This document shows positions 16,437 to 25,254 of a stretch of 25,309 nt of DNA, piece after piece. A program made the position numbers and the translations under genes. Under the pieces are notes generated by a model that was not told the origin of the DNA, searched no databases, and saw only the letters and a program-made list of their open reading frames with translations. This DNA comes from Patescibacteria group bacterium (lineage in GTDB: Bacteria > Patescibacteriota > Minisyncoccia > Phycocordibacterales > SBAW01): positions 1-25,309 of the forward strand of contig JAUPWA010000040.1 of assembly GCA_030916835.1 (NCBI GenBank), in the 5' to 3' direction. Each line of letters begins with the position of its first letter. Positions within the stretch are counted from its first letter, which is position 1.

Positions 16437-17987
16437 ATGTGGAGTCGCTTCTCATGGCGCATGCTTTTTGCAGGTGCTGTCGTACTGCTTGCAGTTGGAA
16501 TTTTAGGATGGAAGGAGTTTTTTGGTGTCGATATTTCAGATCTTGAGGTAGTGGTGGTCCATCCGCAAGAGTATGTGCAGCATGTGGCAATCTCAGGTGA
16601 TGTAGTAGCTGCACAGACCTCTGATCTTGGATTTGCACAAAGTGGTCGCATTGCCCACGTGTATGCCCTTGTGGGCGAACGAGTGCGGGCAGGGCAACGT
16701 ATAGCAGAAATAGATAATAACGACCTCCGGGCCCAGTTGCTCCAAAAACAAGCAGCGCTTGAGAGTGCTCAAGCTAATTTATCTCAGCTGCAAGAAGGAA
16801 CTCGGCCCGAAGAAATTGCTGTCACGAGGGCACAAATCGCAAGTGATCAAAGCGCTCTCCAGCAAGCAAACCAAGGAGTGCTCAACGCAATACAAACCGC
16901 GTACACAGTGAGTGATGATGCAGTACGAAATAAACTCGATCAAGTTTTCTTAAATCCAACGACAGCAAATATTGATTTAGTCTTTGTAACAACACAGTCT
17001 GAACTCTCTAACACACTGAAAACAAGTCGGATAACCACCGAGCGTATGTTGGAGCGCTGGCAAGAGGAAATTGGCTCCCTGTCAGCTTCACAGGATCTTG
17101 CTGTGATTGAGGCACATGCGCAGACTAATCTTGCGGCAGTCATGCAGTTACTTACGAATGCAAACGCTGCACTTAATACTGCGGTGGCTTCAGGTGCTAC
17201 TAGTGTCTCAACAATAGCATCGTACGTTGCCACTGTGGCGACAGCACGCAGCAATATCAATAGCGCCACCGCATCTCTCAGTAGCGCGATTGCAACAGCA
17301 CAAGCAAGTGCTGCTCAGTTAGCGAAAGATCAGAAAACGCTCGCGCTCCAACTGGCAGGATCAACACCACAGGCTATAGCCCAAGCGCAAGCCAACGTAG
17401 CAGCTGCGCGTGCTGATGTAGCAGCAATGGAGGCTCAAATAGCAAAAACACAAATTATCGCGCCTTTTGATGGTGTTATAACTCGCATGGATGTGCGACG
17501 TGGCGAAATAGTGTCGCCTAATACGCCTGAGATTTCTCTACAAGGCGAAGGGGTGTTTGAAATTGAAACGTATATCCCCGAGCTCTCCATTGCAGCCGTG
17601 CAGGTGGGAGATTTTGCGTCAACGACGCTTGATGCGTATGGTGCCGACGTGTCGTTCGATGCGCAGGTGCTTCGGATTGATCCTGCAAAGACAGAGCGTG
17701 ATGGGGTGGCTACCTATAAAACAACCTTAGTATTTTTGTCCCGCGACGAGCGTATCCGTTCTGGTATGACGGCAAATGTTGCTATCCAAACGACGCGTAT
17801 TCCACAAGCGATGGTCATACCTTCTGGCGCTGTGTTTACACAAAACGGAGTATCGGCTGTTCAAATTCTTGAAGGAAAAACGGTGCGTACCCGTGAGGTC
17901 ACTATTGCTGGTGCGGCGCTTGGAAATGTTGCAGTACTCTCAGGACTGAAGGAAGGAGACCAGGTGGTACTTTCGCCACACTACTAA
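16437..17987 (+). CDS. Efflux periplasmic adaptor subunit (HlyD/MacA family) with a very long helical hairpin
   Basis: N-terminal TM; lipoyl halves GF..SGRI..V...G..V..GQ.IA and IIAPFDGVI; C-terminal IRSGMTANV.I...IP..AV and GL.EGD.V. Confidence 0.85.
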   Translation: MWSRFSWRMLFAGAVVLLAVGILGWKEFFGVDISDLEVVVVHPQEYVQHVAISGDVVAAQTSDLGFAQSGRIAHVYALVGERVRAGQRIAEIDNNDLRAQLLQKQAALESAQANLSQLQEGTRPEEIAVTRAQIASDQSALQQANQGVLNAIQTAYTVSDDAVRNKLDQVFLNPTTANIDLVFVTTQSELSNTLKTSRITTERMLERWQEEIGSLSASQDLAVIEAHAQTNLAAVMQLLTNANAALNTAVASGATSVSTIASYVATVATARSNINSATASLSSAIATAQASAAQLAKDQKTLALQLAGSTPQAIAQAQANVAAARADVAAMEAQIAKTQIIAPFDGVITRMDVRRGEIVSPNTPEISLQGEGVFEIETYIPELSIAAVQVGDFASTTLDAYGADVSFDAQVLRIDPAKTERDGVATYKTTLVFLSRDERIRSGMTANVAIQTTRIPQAMVIPSGAVFTQNGVSAVQILEGKTVRTREVTIAGAALGNVAVLSGLKEGDQVVLSPHY

Positions 17988-17989
17988 CT

Positions 17990-19249
17990 ATGTTTTCACT
18001 CTTGAATATTCGGGTGGGCTGGTTTTTGGCCTGGCGGCAAATTCGGCGCTCAAGCGTGTGGACGACGAGCCTCATAATCTTTGTGATGCTGCTGACGTTT
18101 CTTAACTTGGTGGTGGTTACGGGTATTTTGGTAGGGCTCGTGCAGGGAATTACGGATCTGTACCGTCTCCAAGAAACGGGAGATGTCATAGTGTCGACAC
18201 TCGATACTAAAAATTATATTGAGCAAAGTCCTCAGATTATTTCATTTATTCAAACTCTGCCGCAGGTTGAGCATGTGACAGCACGCTACATCGTCAATGG
18301 CAGTATCGAAGCTAACTACAAGACACGTACCGATCCGAATGAAAAACCAAATGAAAGTGGTGCTGCTATTGTGGGCATAGACCCGGTGGCTGAAAATGCA
18401 TTTTCAGGTATTGCTCGCAATGTAGAGGAGGGCTCGTTTCTTGCGCCTGGTGATTTTGACTCTGTAGTGGTAGGCTCGCAGCTCATCGCAAAATATTCTT
18501 TCGGCGAGATACCGGGTATTCGCCCACTAAAAAACGTCGGGCCAGGTAGTGTAGTGAGGATCACCGTTAATGGTCAAACACGAGAAGTGGTTATTAAAGG
18601 TATTCTTATCGATAAAGCAAACTCACCGCTTTCTTCGCAAGTGTTCATGTCTGCTGCGCAGCTGCGCACGCTTGCAGGTCGTGACGATTACAGTGTAAAT
18701 CAAGTTGCCATACGACTTAAGAAAGGAGTAGATGAGGTTGCTTTTAAAGACCTTCTTGTGCGCAGTGGTGTCGGGCGCTTTGCGAAGGTGCAGACATTTG
18801 AGCAGGCCATTCCCAACGGTGTTGAGGATGTAAAAAACACTTTTGCGGTGCTTGGTAACGCAATAAGCTCGGTTGGTTTGGTGGTAGCGTCGATCACCAT
18901 TTTTATTGTTATTTTTATTAATGCGCTCACGAGGCGTAAGTTTATAGGGATTCTCAAGGGTATTGGTATTAGTCCTCAGGCAATTGAAGTTGCGTACCTT
19001 TTGCAGTCCATGTTTTATGCGCTTGTTGGCTCTAGTATTGGACTTATTATTCTTTTTGGATTCTTGGTCCCGTATATTAGTGCTCATCCGATAAATCTCC
19101 CGATAAGTAACACTGTCCTTGTTGCACCTGTTGGTGAGACGCTTTTGCGCGTCGTGCTCTTGGTGTTAGCGACACTCATCGCCGGGTATATACCAGCGCG
19201 CATGATCGTTAAAAAGAATACGCTCGACTCTATTTTGGGTCGGAATTAA
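17990..19249 (+). CDS. ABC transporter permease, FtsX/MacB/LolE family
   Basis: One N-terminal TM, large extracytoplasmic domain, three C-terminal TMs; IGILKGIG motif. Confidence 0.88.
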   Translation: MFSLLNIRVGWFLAWRQIRRSSVWTTSLIIFVMLLTFLNLVVVTGILVGLVQGITDLYRLQETGDVIVSTLDTKNYIEQSPQIISFIQTLPQVEHVTARYIVNGSIEANYKTRTDPNEKPNESGAAIVGIDPVAENAFSGIARNVEEGSFLAPGDFDSVVVGSQLIAKYSFGEIPGIRPLKNVGPGSVVRITVNGQTREVVIKGILIDKANSPLSSQVFMSAAQLRTLAGRDDYSVNQVAIRLKKGVDEVAFKDLLVRSGVGRFAKVQTFEQAIPNGVEDVKNTFAVLGNAISSVGLVVASITIFIVIFINALTRRKFIGILKGIGISPQAIEVAYLLQSMFYALVGSSIGLIILFGFLVPYISAHPINLPISNTVLVAPVGETLLRVVLLVLATLIAGYIPARMIVKKNTLDSILGRN

Positions 19250-19251
19250 CC

Positions 19252-19986
19252 ATGGCGGCACTTATCGAAACAAAAAAATTAGTAAAAGCATATAAAAGTG
19301 GTGACGGTGTGTCGACCATACTGAAAGGTATTGATTTTTCGGTTGAGCGGGGTGAGTTTGTGTCGATTATGGGTCGCTCAGGAGCAGGAAAATCGACACT
19401 CATGTACCAAATGAGTCTCTTGGATGAGCCAACAAGTGGTGACATTAGTATCGACGGCACCAACACTCGCCACATGAGCGAGAAAGAAAAGGCAGCATTC
19501 CGTCTTCGCAAGTTTGGGTTCGTGTTTCAGGATTATGCGCTTATGCCAGAGCTTACCGCTACTGAAAACATTGTGCTACCGCTTCTTATGGAGTCGTACA
19601 CATTTACGCAAGCCCAGGCAATGGCTGCCGATGCTCTAACCCGAGTAGGGCTTGGGCATCGTCTACATAACGTGCCCTCGCAGCTCTCGGGTGGGGAACA
19701 ACAACGAGTATCTATCGCGCGGGCTATTGCCGAGCAGCCAGAGATTTTATTTGCCGATGAGCCAACGGCGAACCTTGACCGTGAATCAGCAAAGGTGGTT
19801 ATTGATTTGTTTTTAGAGCTCCATGCACACGGGCAAACGATTATTATGGTGACCCATGAAGAAGAGTATGGTCATGTGGCTGACCGTATTATACGGCTTG
19901 ATGAGGGGAGTATTGTAAGTATTGAGAAGGGTGTACGCCATGCACATGCGCGCAAACAACCAACAAAGAAGCAAAGCAAGAAATAG
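19252..19986 (+). CDS. ABC transporter ATP-binding protein (LolD/MacB-like)
   Basis: Walker A GRSGAGKST, signature LSGGEQQRV, Walker B ILFADEPT, H-loop MVTH. Confidence 0.95.
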   Translation: MAALIETKKLVKAYKSGDGVSTILKGIDFSVERGEFVSIMGRSGAGKSTLMYQMSLLDEPTSGDISIDGTNTRHMSEKEKAAFRLRKFGFVFQDYALMPELTATENIVLPLLMESYTFTQAQAMAADALTRVGLGHRLHNVPSQLSGGEQQRVSIARAIAEQPEILFADEPTANLDRESAKVVIDLFLELHAHGQTIIMVTHEEEYGHVADRIIRLDEGSIVSIEKGVRHAHARKQPTKKQSKK

Positions 19987-20098
19987 GGTCTCGCTCATGC
20001 ATTCTTACCCCTGAGACACTTGATGTTTTTGTGTTACGGCAAGGCTTCATGGTTTCTCCAGGTATTCCTAGTGACAATAGGGTGTGCACCGCTACATC

Positions 20099-21274
20099 AT
20101 GGAGTCTCGCTTCAGCGTTTTTGGGCACAGTATGTCTGTATATGCGGCGCTCGCGTATGTGTTGATTTTTTGTGCGTGTGTCGTGCGCGTATGGTCATTC
20201 CCGGTCATTACAACTGACTACACCTATTTTGTCGCTAAATGGTTTGTCACGCTACAAGAAAACCCTGGTCTGACGGCCTTTTTGCATCCGTTTGCTGACT
20301 ATGCGCCAGCCTATCTGTACATACTTAAAATACTCACCTGGTTCCCGGTGTATAGTTTGCTGAGTGTAAAAATAGTCACGTTTGTGTGCGATGCGGCGTT
20401 GGGATATGTCGTATATAAATTATTGAAGGCAACGACGACTTATCTGCACGAACAGCGCCTACTGGCTAGTGCCATTGTTTTTGCTGCGCCCTCGTTTCTT
20501 ATAAACTCATCATTGTGGGGCCAGTCTGATGTGCTCTACACGCTCCCGATACTCCTTTCATTTTTTGCATTACTTCTTGAGCTGCCACTGTTTGCAGTTA
20601 TATGGTTTGGAGTTGCACTGAGCGTTAAGTTGCAAGCCGTATTCTTTTTGCCAATCCTGATTGGCTTTTTATGGCACAGGAGGCGTCTCTATGAACTAGT
20701 GCTCGTACCACTTATATACATGGCGTTTGCAGTGCCCGCACTCGTGGGGGGTGCGGCAAGCAGCGATGTGTTGATGGTGTATCTGCATCAATCAGGAGAA
20801 TACACCTCCCTCAACGTCTCATCGCAGTCACTGTTTGCCTTTACCGATGGTGTACAGCTCACTAGCCAAGTTCAAGCAGTACTCTTTTGGTGTGGTATCA
20901 GTGTGGCATTGCTGGTGGCGCTTTTGGGTGCGTGGTTGGTTACGCATGCGAAGAAGCCCTATGAGTATGTACACAGTGCGCTTGTGGTGGCGCTGCTCCT
21001 GCCATTTTTCTTGCCGCGTATGCATGAACGATATTTTTATCTTGCAGATCTTTTCGCACTTCTGTATGCATTTTACCAGCCACGACAGTGGTTCGTTCCT
21101 CTTGTTGTTATAGGCGCTTCGCTCTTGGCATACATGCCGTTTTTAAGTGGTCAGGTTGCTATTTTTGCACCAATTACCATTGATCTGCGAGTACCTGCAA
21201 CTATGTTGGGAATCGTTGGTGTGTATCTGGTGGCGCGCAGCGCTTCACAGTGGCGGTTGCATGCGGTACCGTAG
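20099..21274 (+). CDS. GT-C fold membrane glycosyltransferase (GT87/mannosyltransferase-like)
   Basis: About 10 TM helices; loop motifs DYAP.Y.YIL, NSSLWGQSD, KLQAVFFLP, P.MHERYFY. Start uncertain (20084, 20099 or 20132). Confidence 0.78.
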   Translation: MESRFSVFGHSMSVYAALAYVLIFCACVVRVWSFPVITTDYTYFVAKWFVTLQENPGLTAFLHPFADYAPAYLYILKILTWFPVYSLLSVKIVTFVCDAALGYVVYKLLKATTTYLHEQRLLASAIVFAAPSFLINSSLWGQSDVLYTLPILLSFFALLLELPLFAVIWFGVALSVKLQAVFFLPILIGFLWHRRRLYELVLVPLIYMAFAVPALVGGAASSDVLMVYLHQSGEYTSLNVSSQSLFAFTDGVQLTSQVQAVLFWCGISVALLVALLGAWLVTHAKKPYEYVHSALVVALLLPFFLPRMHERYFYLADLFALLYAFYQPRQWFVPLVVIGASLLAYMPFLSGQVAIFAPITIDLRVPATMLGIVGVYLVARSASQWRLHAVP

Positions 21275-21279
21275 AGAGT

Positions 21280-21993
21280 ATGCACACCACACTTGTTCAA
21301 AAACACACCATTGCCGAAGGTACTATGATTTTTTATTTTGCAAAGCCGCAAGAGTTTACCTTCACTGCGGGGCAGTATATCGACGTCACTCTCATCGACC
21401 CGCCCGAAACCGACGCTGAGGGGAACACGCGCTCGTACTCTATCTGTGCAGCGCCGCAAGAAGAGATGTTGGCAGTCGCAACACGTATGCGCGACACTGC
21501 ATTCAAGCGTACGCTGGCCGCGCTCCCTCTGGGCACAGAAGTTTCCATTGAAGGACCTCTCGGCTCTTTCATGCTGCATGAAAATGCTGCACGACCGGCA
21601 GTGTGTATTGCCGGAGGGATCGGTATCACCCCATTTCGCTCCATGTTACTGGATGCTACAGCGCGCAAAGTGGCACACCAACTAATACTCTTATATGCAA
21701 ACAGACGACCCGAGGACGCGGCTTTTTTAGATGAGCTACATGCGCTGAAGGAAAAGAATAGTAATTTTACGTTCGTCCCCACTATGTCAAACATGGAGCA
21801 CAGTGCCAAGGAGTGGCAAGGCGAGCGCGGACACATTGACGAGGCTATGCTTGAGCGGTATGTGCCGCGCACTGGTGCGCCTATCTACTACCTGGCAGGC
21901 CCTCAGGGTATGGTTACTGCAATGCGCCAGGTGCTTACCCGCATAGGGGTAAGTGCTGACGACATTCGTTTTGAAGAATTTTCAGGATACTAG
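21280..21993 (+). CDS. FAD/NAD(P)-dependent oxidoreductase, ferredoxin-NADP+ reductase family
   Basis: F.AGQY, RSYSI (flavin binding), GP.G.F, AGGIGITPFRSML, Y.AGP..M, FEEF.GY. Confidence 0.9.
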   Translation: MHTTLVQKHTIAEGTMIFYFAKPQEFTFTAGQYIDVTLIDPPETDAEGNTRSYSICAAPQEEMLAVATRMRDTAFKRTLAALPLGTEVSIEGPLGSFMLHENAARPAVCIAGGIGITPFRSMLLDATARKVAHQLILLYANRRPEDAAFLDELHALKEKNSNFTFVPTMSNMEHSAKEWQGERGHIDEAMLERYVPRTGAPIYYLAGPQGMVTAMRQVLTRIGVSADDIRFEEFSGY

Positions 21994-22005
21994 TAGTTGC
22001 GCGCG

Positions 22006-22590
22006 TTAACGATTTCTCCACCAATGCAAAAAGGGTGGGAGAGCAGAAACCATAATGATGAGGATAATAATGGGAACAACATATTTTTCTACGTCGGGGA
22101 TAATAGACCCAAGATAGTATCCTAGGAGGGTTATGCCAGCGCCCCAGAGCACGCCGCCGATGATGTTGTAGCGAATAAAGGTGCTGTAGCGCATGCCGCC
22201 CACACCTGCGAGTATGGGTGCAAAGGTGCGCACCGCAGGGATGAATCTGGCAAGCACGATAGTTATCGCTCCATATTTTTCAAAATAGGCATGGGTTTCC
22301 TCTAGGCGCTTTTTCTTGAACAAAAATGAGTCGGGTCGGGTAAACAGCGCAGGACCGACATGGCCACCGAACCAGTAGCCGACCTGGTCGCCAGCTATAG
22401 CGCATACCACAATAAGTGGTACTAGTATCCAAATATTGAGTGTACCTTGAGCTGCCAAGAGTCCGGCAGCAAACAATACGCTGTCACCTGGTAAGAAGAA
22501 CCCAAAAAAGAGACCCGATTCTGCAAAGACTAAAAGCCCAAGGCCGACATAGCCAAGAGAAAAAATGAGAGATAAGAAATGAGACGACAT
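22006..22590 (-). CDS. dedA: DedA (VTT/SNARE-associated) family membrane protein
   Basis: FAESGLFFGFFLPGDS.LF.AG, GDQVGYW.G, F.KYG..TI.LARFIP.VRTFAP..AG. Confidence 0.92.
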   Translation of the reverse strand: MSSHFLSLIFSLGYVGLGLLVFAESGLFFGFFLPGDSVLFAAGLLAAQGTLNIWILVPLIVVCAIAGDQVGYWFGGHVGPALFTRPDSFLFKKKRLEETHAYFEKYGAITIVLARFIPAVRTFAPILAGVGGMRYSTFIRYNIIGGVLWGAGITLLGYYLGSIIPDVEKYVVPIIILIIMVSALPPFLHWWRNR

Positions 22591-23013
22591 TTAGGTAAAG
22601 GCTATCCAGGCCGCTAATCCTAAGAACACCACTGCCAGCACTATAAGGACGCTATTTGCTTGGTTTTTTGATGATACCATTTTTTTACGGAGCATCCATC
22701 CAATGATGCCCGTTTCTTCCGTCAGAGGGGCTATTTTTGCGGATCCTTTGTGCGCCTTTTGTAATTCAGCCTGGATGCGAGCAAGTTCAACATCGACGTC
22801 ACTCTGGGCACTCCCTGCTTTGATGCTACTTGGTTGTGCTGTGGGTGTGCCAGGGGCTGGTATTGTGGGTGTGGGGCCAGCAAGAGCGCTAAATGCAGTA
22901 GCGATATCCGCTGCATCCCAACCTGCTGTGCGCAAAGAAACCTCTATATCTGCTTTGGTGTACCCAGCGTGCAGATTGTCTTTTATGTAGGTCAGCAGCT
23001 GATCGTTTATCAT
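22591..23013 (-). CDS. Hypothetical protein with an N-terminal helical module, Pro-rich linker and C-terminal TM anchor
   Basis: L..YI...L..GY....I...L..AGW....I..AF N-terminal module; C-terminal LIVLAVVFLGLAAWIAF. ATG lies 7 nt after TATACT. Confidence 0.7.
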   Translation of the reverse strand: MINDQLLTYIKDNLHAGYTKADIEVSLRTAGWDAADIATAFSALAGPTPTIPAPGTPTAQPSSIKAGSAQSDVDVELARIQAELQKAHKGSAKIAPLTEETGIIGWMLRKKMVSSKNQANSVLIVLAVVFLGLAAWIAFT

Positions 23014-23040
23014 GTGGTTCAGTATACTCGGATTTTTTGG

Positions 23041-23080
23041 CTACAAAAACATCCGCCTCAAGGGGCGGATGTTTTTGTAG
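23041..23080. terminator. Intrinsic terminator (17-bp perfect inverted repeat, potentially bidirectional)
   Basis: CTACAAAAACATCCGCC (23041-23057) / GGCGGATGTTTTTGTAG (23064-23080), just past the stop of the 23092..24294 gene. Confidence 0.8.
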
Positions 23081-23091
23081 GTAACTGTTCG

Positions 23092-24294
23092 CTATTGAAC
23101 GGTTATCGTGGCTGTAGCAGATTTACCGCTTGCCTGTCCGGTAAAGGTGTACGTGTACGTGCCTGGAGTTGCTGGAGTGCTAAGCGAGCCGGTCGAGAAG
23201 CCCCCACCAAGATTCGTGAACCCTTGGGCAACTTGTGTGCCGTTGAGCTTGATCAGGACATACTCTTCGCTGCCAAAGTTGTGTCCACCAAAGTCAATTG
23301 AATTTCCTACACGGATCGTTTGGCCATTTTGATCAATTGAAGCGGGGGTGCTGGTGGCGTTCCCTGTGCCGCCGTTATTTTGATTCCCGCTCCCTGACCC
23401 AGGGTGCAGTGCTCGCAATTGCTCTTGCAGAGAGTTAATCCACATCTGCAGGTGTCCTATAGCCGCCCATAGCGCTGCAATCTCTGAGCTTTGAGGTGTT
23501 GTGCTTGCTGTATTCCCGGTGGTCGTGGCGGTAGTGGTTGCTGTATCCAAGGTTGTGAACGTGTGATCCACAGAGCTTGTCGCGTTGTAGTTAGAGTCCA
23601 TCGACATGACTATGAAGTGATACAGGGTGTTTGGCTGTAGAGCACTGAGCGTCATCGCATGGTTGGTATTCAGTGTGGTGTCGAGCGCCGAATAGGTGCC
23701 ATAGTTTGTCGTGGTGCCATACACAACTTGTGAGGTTCCCGGCGTACTGCTCATCCAAGAGATGGCTGCTTCCGTGCCTGTTGGTACCGCTTGTACCGCA
23801 GAGATCATGCTACTACTTGCGGTGCTAGTGCTAACGCTATTGCTGGTGTTGGTGAATGCAGCCGTTGCCAACATGTTGCTCGTGCTCCCCCTCGCGGTGA
23901 CTACCGCACCAGATGTGTCAGGGTTCGACGTACTTGCTGAGGTTGTGCTGAGCGGTGGAGCGAGCAGGGACACCGAGAAACTACCGCTTTGGTTTGCTGC
24001 AAGGTAGGTGGTGTAGGTGCCGAAGGTTATCCGGACATCCTCGCCGGCTGAGAACCCCGTACCATTTGTGGTAACGAAGGTACCGGTAGGACCCGAAGCA
24101 GGAGAGAGGGATATTGTTGCCCCCGTGCTAGTGGCAGTGCTCGTGGCTGTTGTTGTGGATGGGGTTGATGTGGCGCTCGTGGTAGTGCTCGTGTCCAAGG
24201 TGTTCTGGGCGAAGCTTGGGCGTGGCAGGCTAGTGACTGTGAGCACGCCCACAACTAAGGCGAGCGCTGTTAAGAGAAGAATGCGTGTACTCAT
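23092..24294 (-). CDS. Secreted Ser/Thr-rich surface protein with Ig-like (IPT-like, fibronectin type III) domains and a short coiled coil
   Basis: Signal peptide ending SFA|Q; LSPASGPTGT.V...GTGF..GE.V.I.FG; FN3-like ISW........V.YG.T..YG......H...L..L.P.T.YHF.V.S.D; T-rich linkers. Confidence 0.78.
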   Translation of the reverse strand: MSTRILLLTALALVVGVLTVTSLPRPSFAQNTLDTSTTTSATSTPSTTTATSTATSTGATISLSPASGPTGTFVTTNGTGFSAGEDVRITFGTYTTYLAANQSGSFSVSLLAPPLSTTSASTSNPDTSGAVVTARGSTSNMLATAAFTNTSNSVSTSTASSSMISAVQAVPTGTEAAISWMSSTPGTSQVVYGTTTNYGTYSALDTTLNTNHAMTLSALQPNTLYHFIVMSMDSNYNATSSVDHTFTTLDTATTTATTTGNTASTTPQSSEIAALWAAIGHLQMWINSLQEQLRALHPGSGSGNQNNGGTGNATSTPASIDQNGQTIRVGNSIDFGGHNFGSEEYVLIKLNGTQVAQGFTNLGGGFSTGSLSTPATPGTYTYTFTGQASGKSATATITVQ

Positions 24295-24444
24295 AATGGT
24301 AATTCAAGTTATTAGTTGGATAAACGGATAAAGAGGCGCACAAGAGGCGCATGTCCACTATAGAGGAGTGCCCCTGATGGGTGCGTGAATGCTCCACAGC
24401 CCCCATCTTTACAAAAGTGATTTTTTTTGCTATTATACAGCCCC

Positions 24445-24654
24445 ATGCACAAGAAGCAGACTAAGGCTGAAAAGCCGGCAGAAAAGCGCCACACCCCTCT
24501 CTCTGAGCCCCGCAAAACCTTTCAGCAGGATGGGCACTGGATAGAGAAGCCACACCAGACCGCTATTTTGGTGTGCTCGTGTGGTAATCGCTACTTGAAG
24601 ACACGACGCAACCAGCAAACGTGCTTGCGCTGCCTCTCACTGACCGTTCAATAA
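24445..24654 (+). CDS. Small basic protein with a putative Zn-ribbon (C-x-C-x13-C-x2-C)
   Basis: 69 aa; CSCGNRYLKTRRNQQTCLRC; preceded by TG-C-TATTAT 8 nt upstream of the ATG. Confidence 0.55.
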   Translation: MHKKQTKAEKPAEKRHTPLSEPRKTFQQDGHWIEKPHQTAILVCSCGNRYLKTRRNQQTCLRCLSLTVQ

Positions 24655-24696
24655 CGGTTCCTCCTGCGGCGTATACGAAGATGGTATACTGCCAGC

Positions 24697-25254
24697 ATGC
24701 CACAAGATTCTTCCGAACGTAGAACACCTACTCAGTATCGCGGGCTGCTCCTCGCTGCTATAGGCGTACTCATCTTTTTGCTTGGAGGGTTTGAGTTGTG
24801 GCAGTATAGAAACTCGCCATTCTTCTCCGTGCTGCTCGGGACAAAAACAGCGACAACAACAGCAACCGCACACATGCAACCTGAGCTTGTTGGTGTGGCT
24901 ACCTATACGTGTAACAACGGTAAGAGTATTACCGCGCAGTTTTTTGATACCAAAGGCGCCACACAACCTGCTCTACCTGCGCAGCCACCCACGCCAACGG
25001 GCAGTGTGCTGCTCACACTCAGCGATGGCCGTACGGTTACGCTCGCACAGACTATCTCAGGCTCTGGTATTCGATACGCTAACCAGAAAGAATCTTTTAT
25101 CTTTTGGAGTAAGGGTAAGACCTCGTTTGTACAAGAAGGATCTGCCCAGGAGCAGACATATCAAAATTGTGTGAGCGCAGATGCACTACCGAGTGTTACT
25201 ACAACAACACCCGAGGATGATGTTATGCCCGACTCGGGCGTGTTGCCACAATAG
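24697..25254 (+). CDS. mliC: MliC/PliC-family lysozyme inhibitor domain protein with an N-terminal TM anchor
   Basis: Y.C..GK.I.A.F, L..T.SGSGIRYAN, FWSKG..SFV.E and a closing Cys match the MliC pattern. Confidence 0.82.
   Translation: MPQDSSERRTPTQYRGLLLAAIGVLIFLLGGFELWQYRNSPFFSVLLGTKTATTTATAHMQPELVGVATYTCNNGKSITAQFFDTKGATQPALPAQPPTPTGSVLLTLSDGRTVTLAQTISGSGIRYANQKESFIFWSKGKTSFVQEGSAQEQTYQNCVSADALPSVTTTTPEDDVMPDSGVLPQ

Noticed and set aside
19987-20035. Weak GTCTC/GAGAC inverted repeat after the ABC ATPase
   Set aside because: Only a 5-bp stem around a long loop, so it is not a credible terminator.
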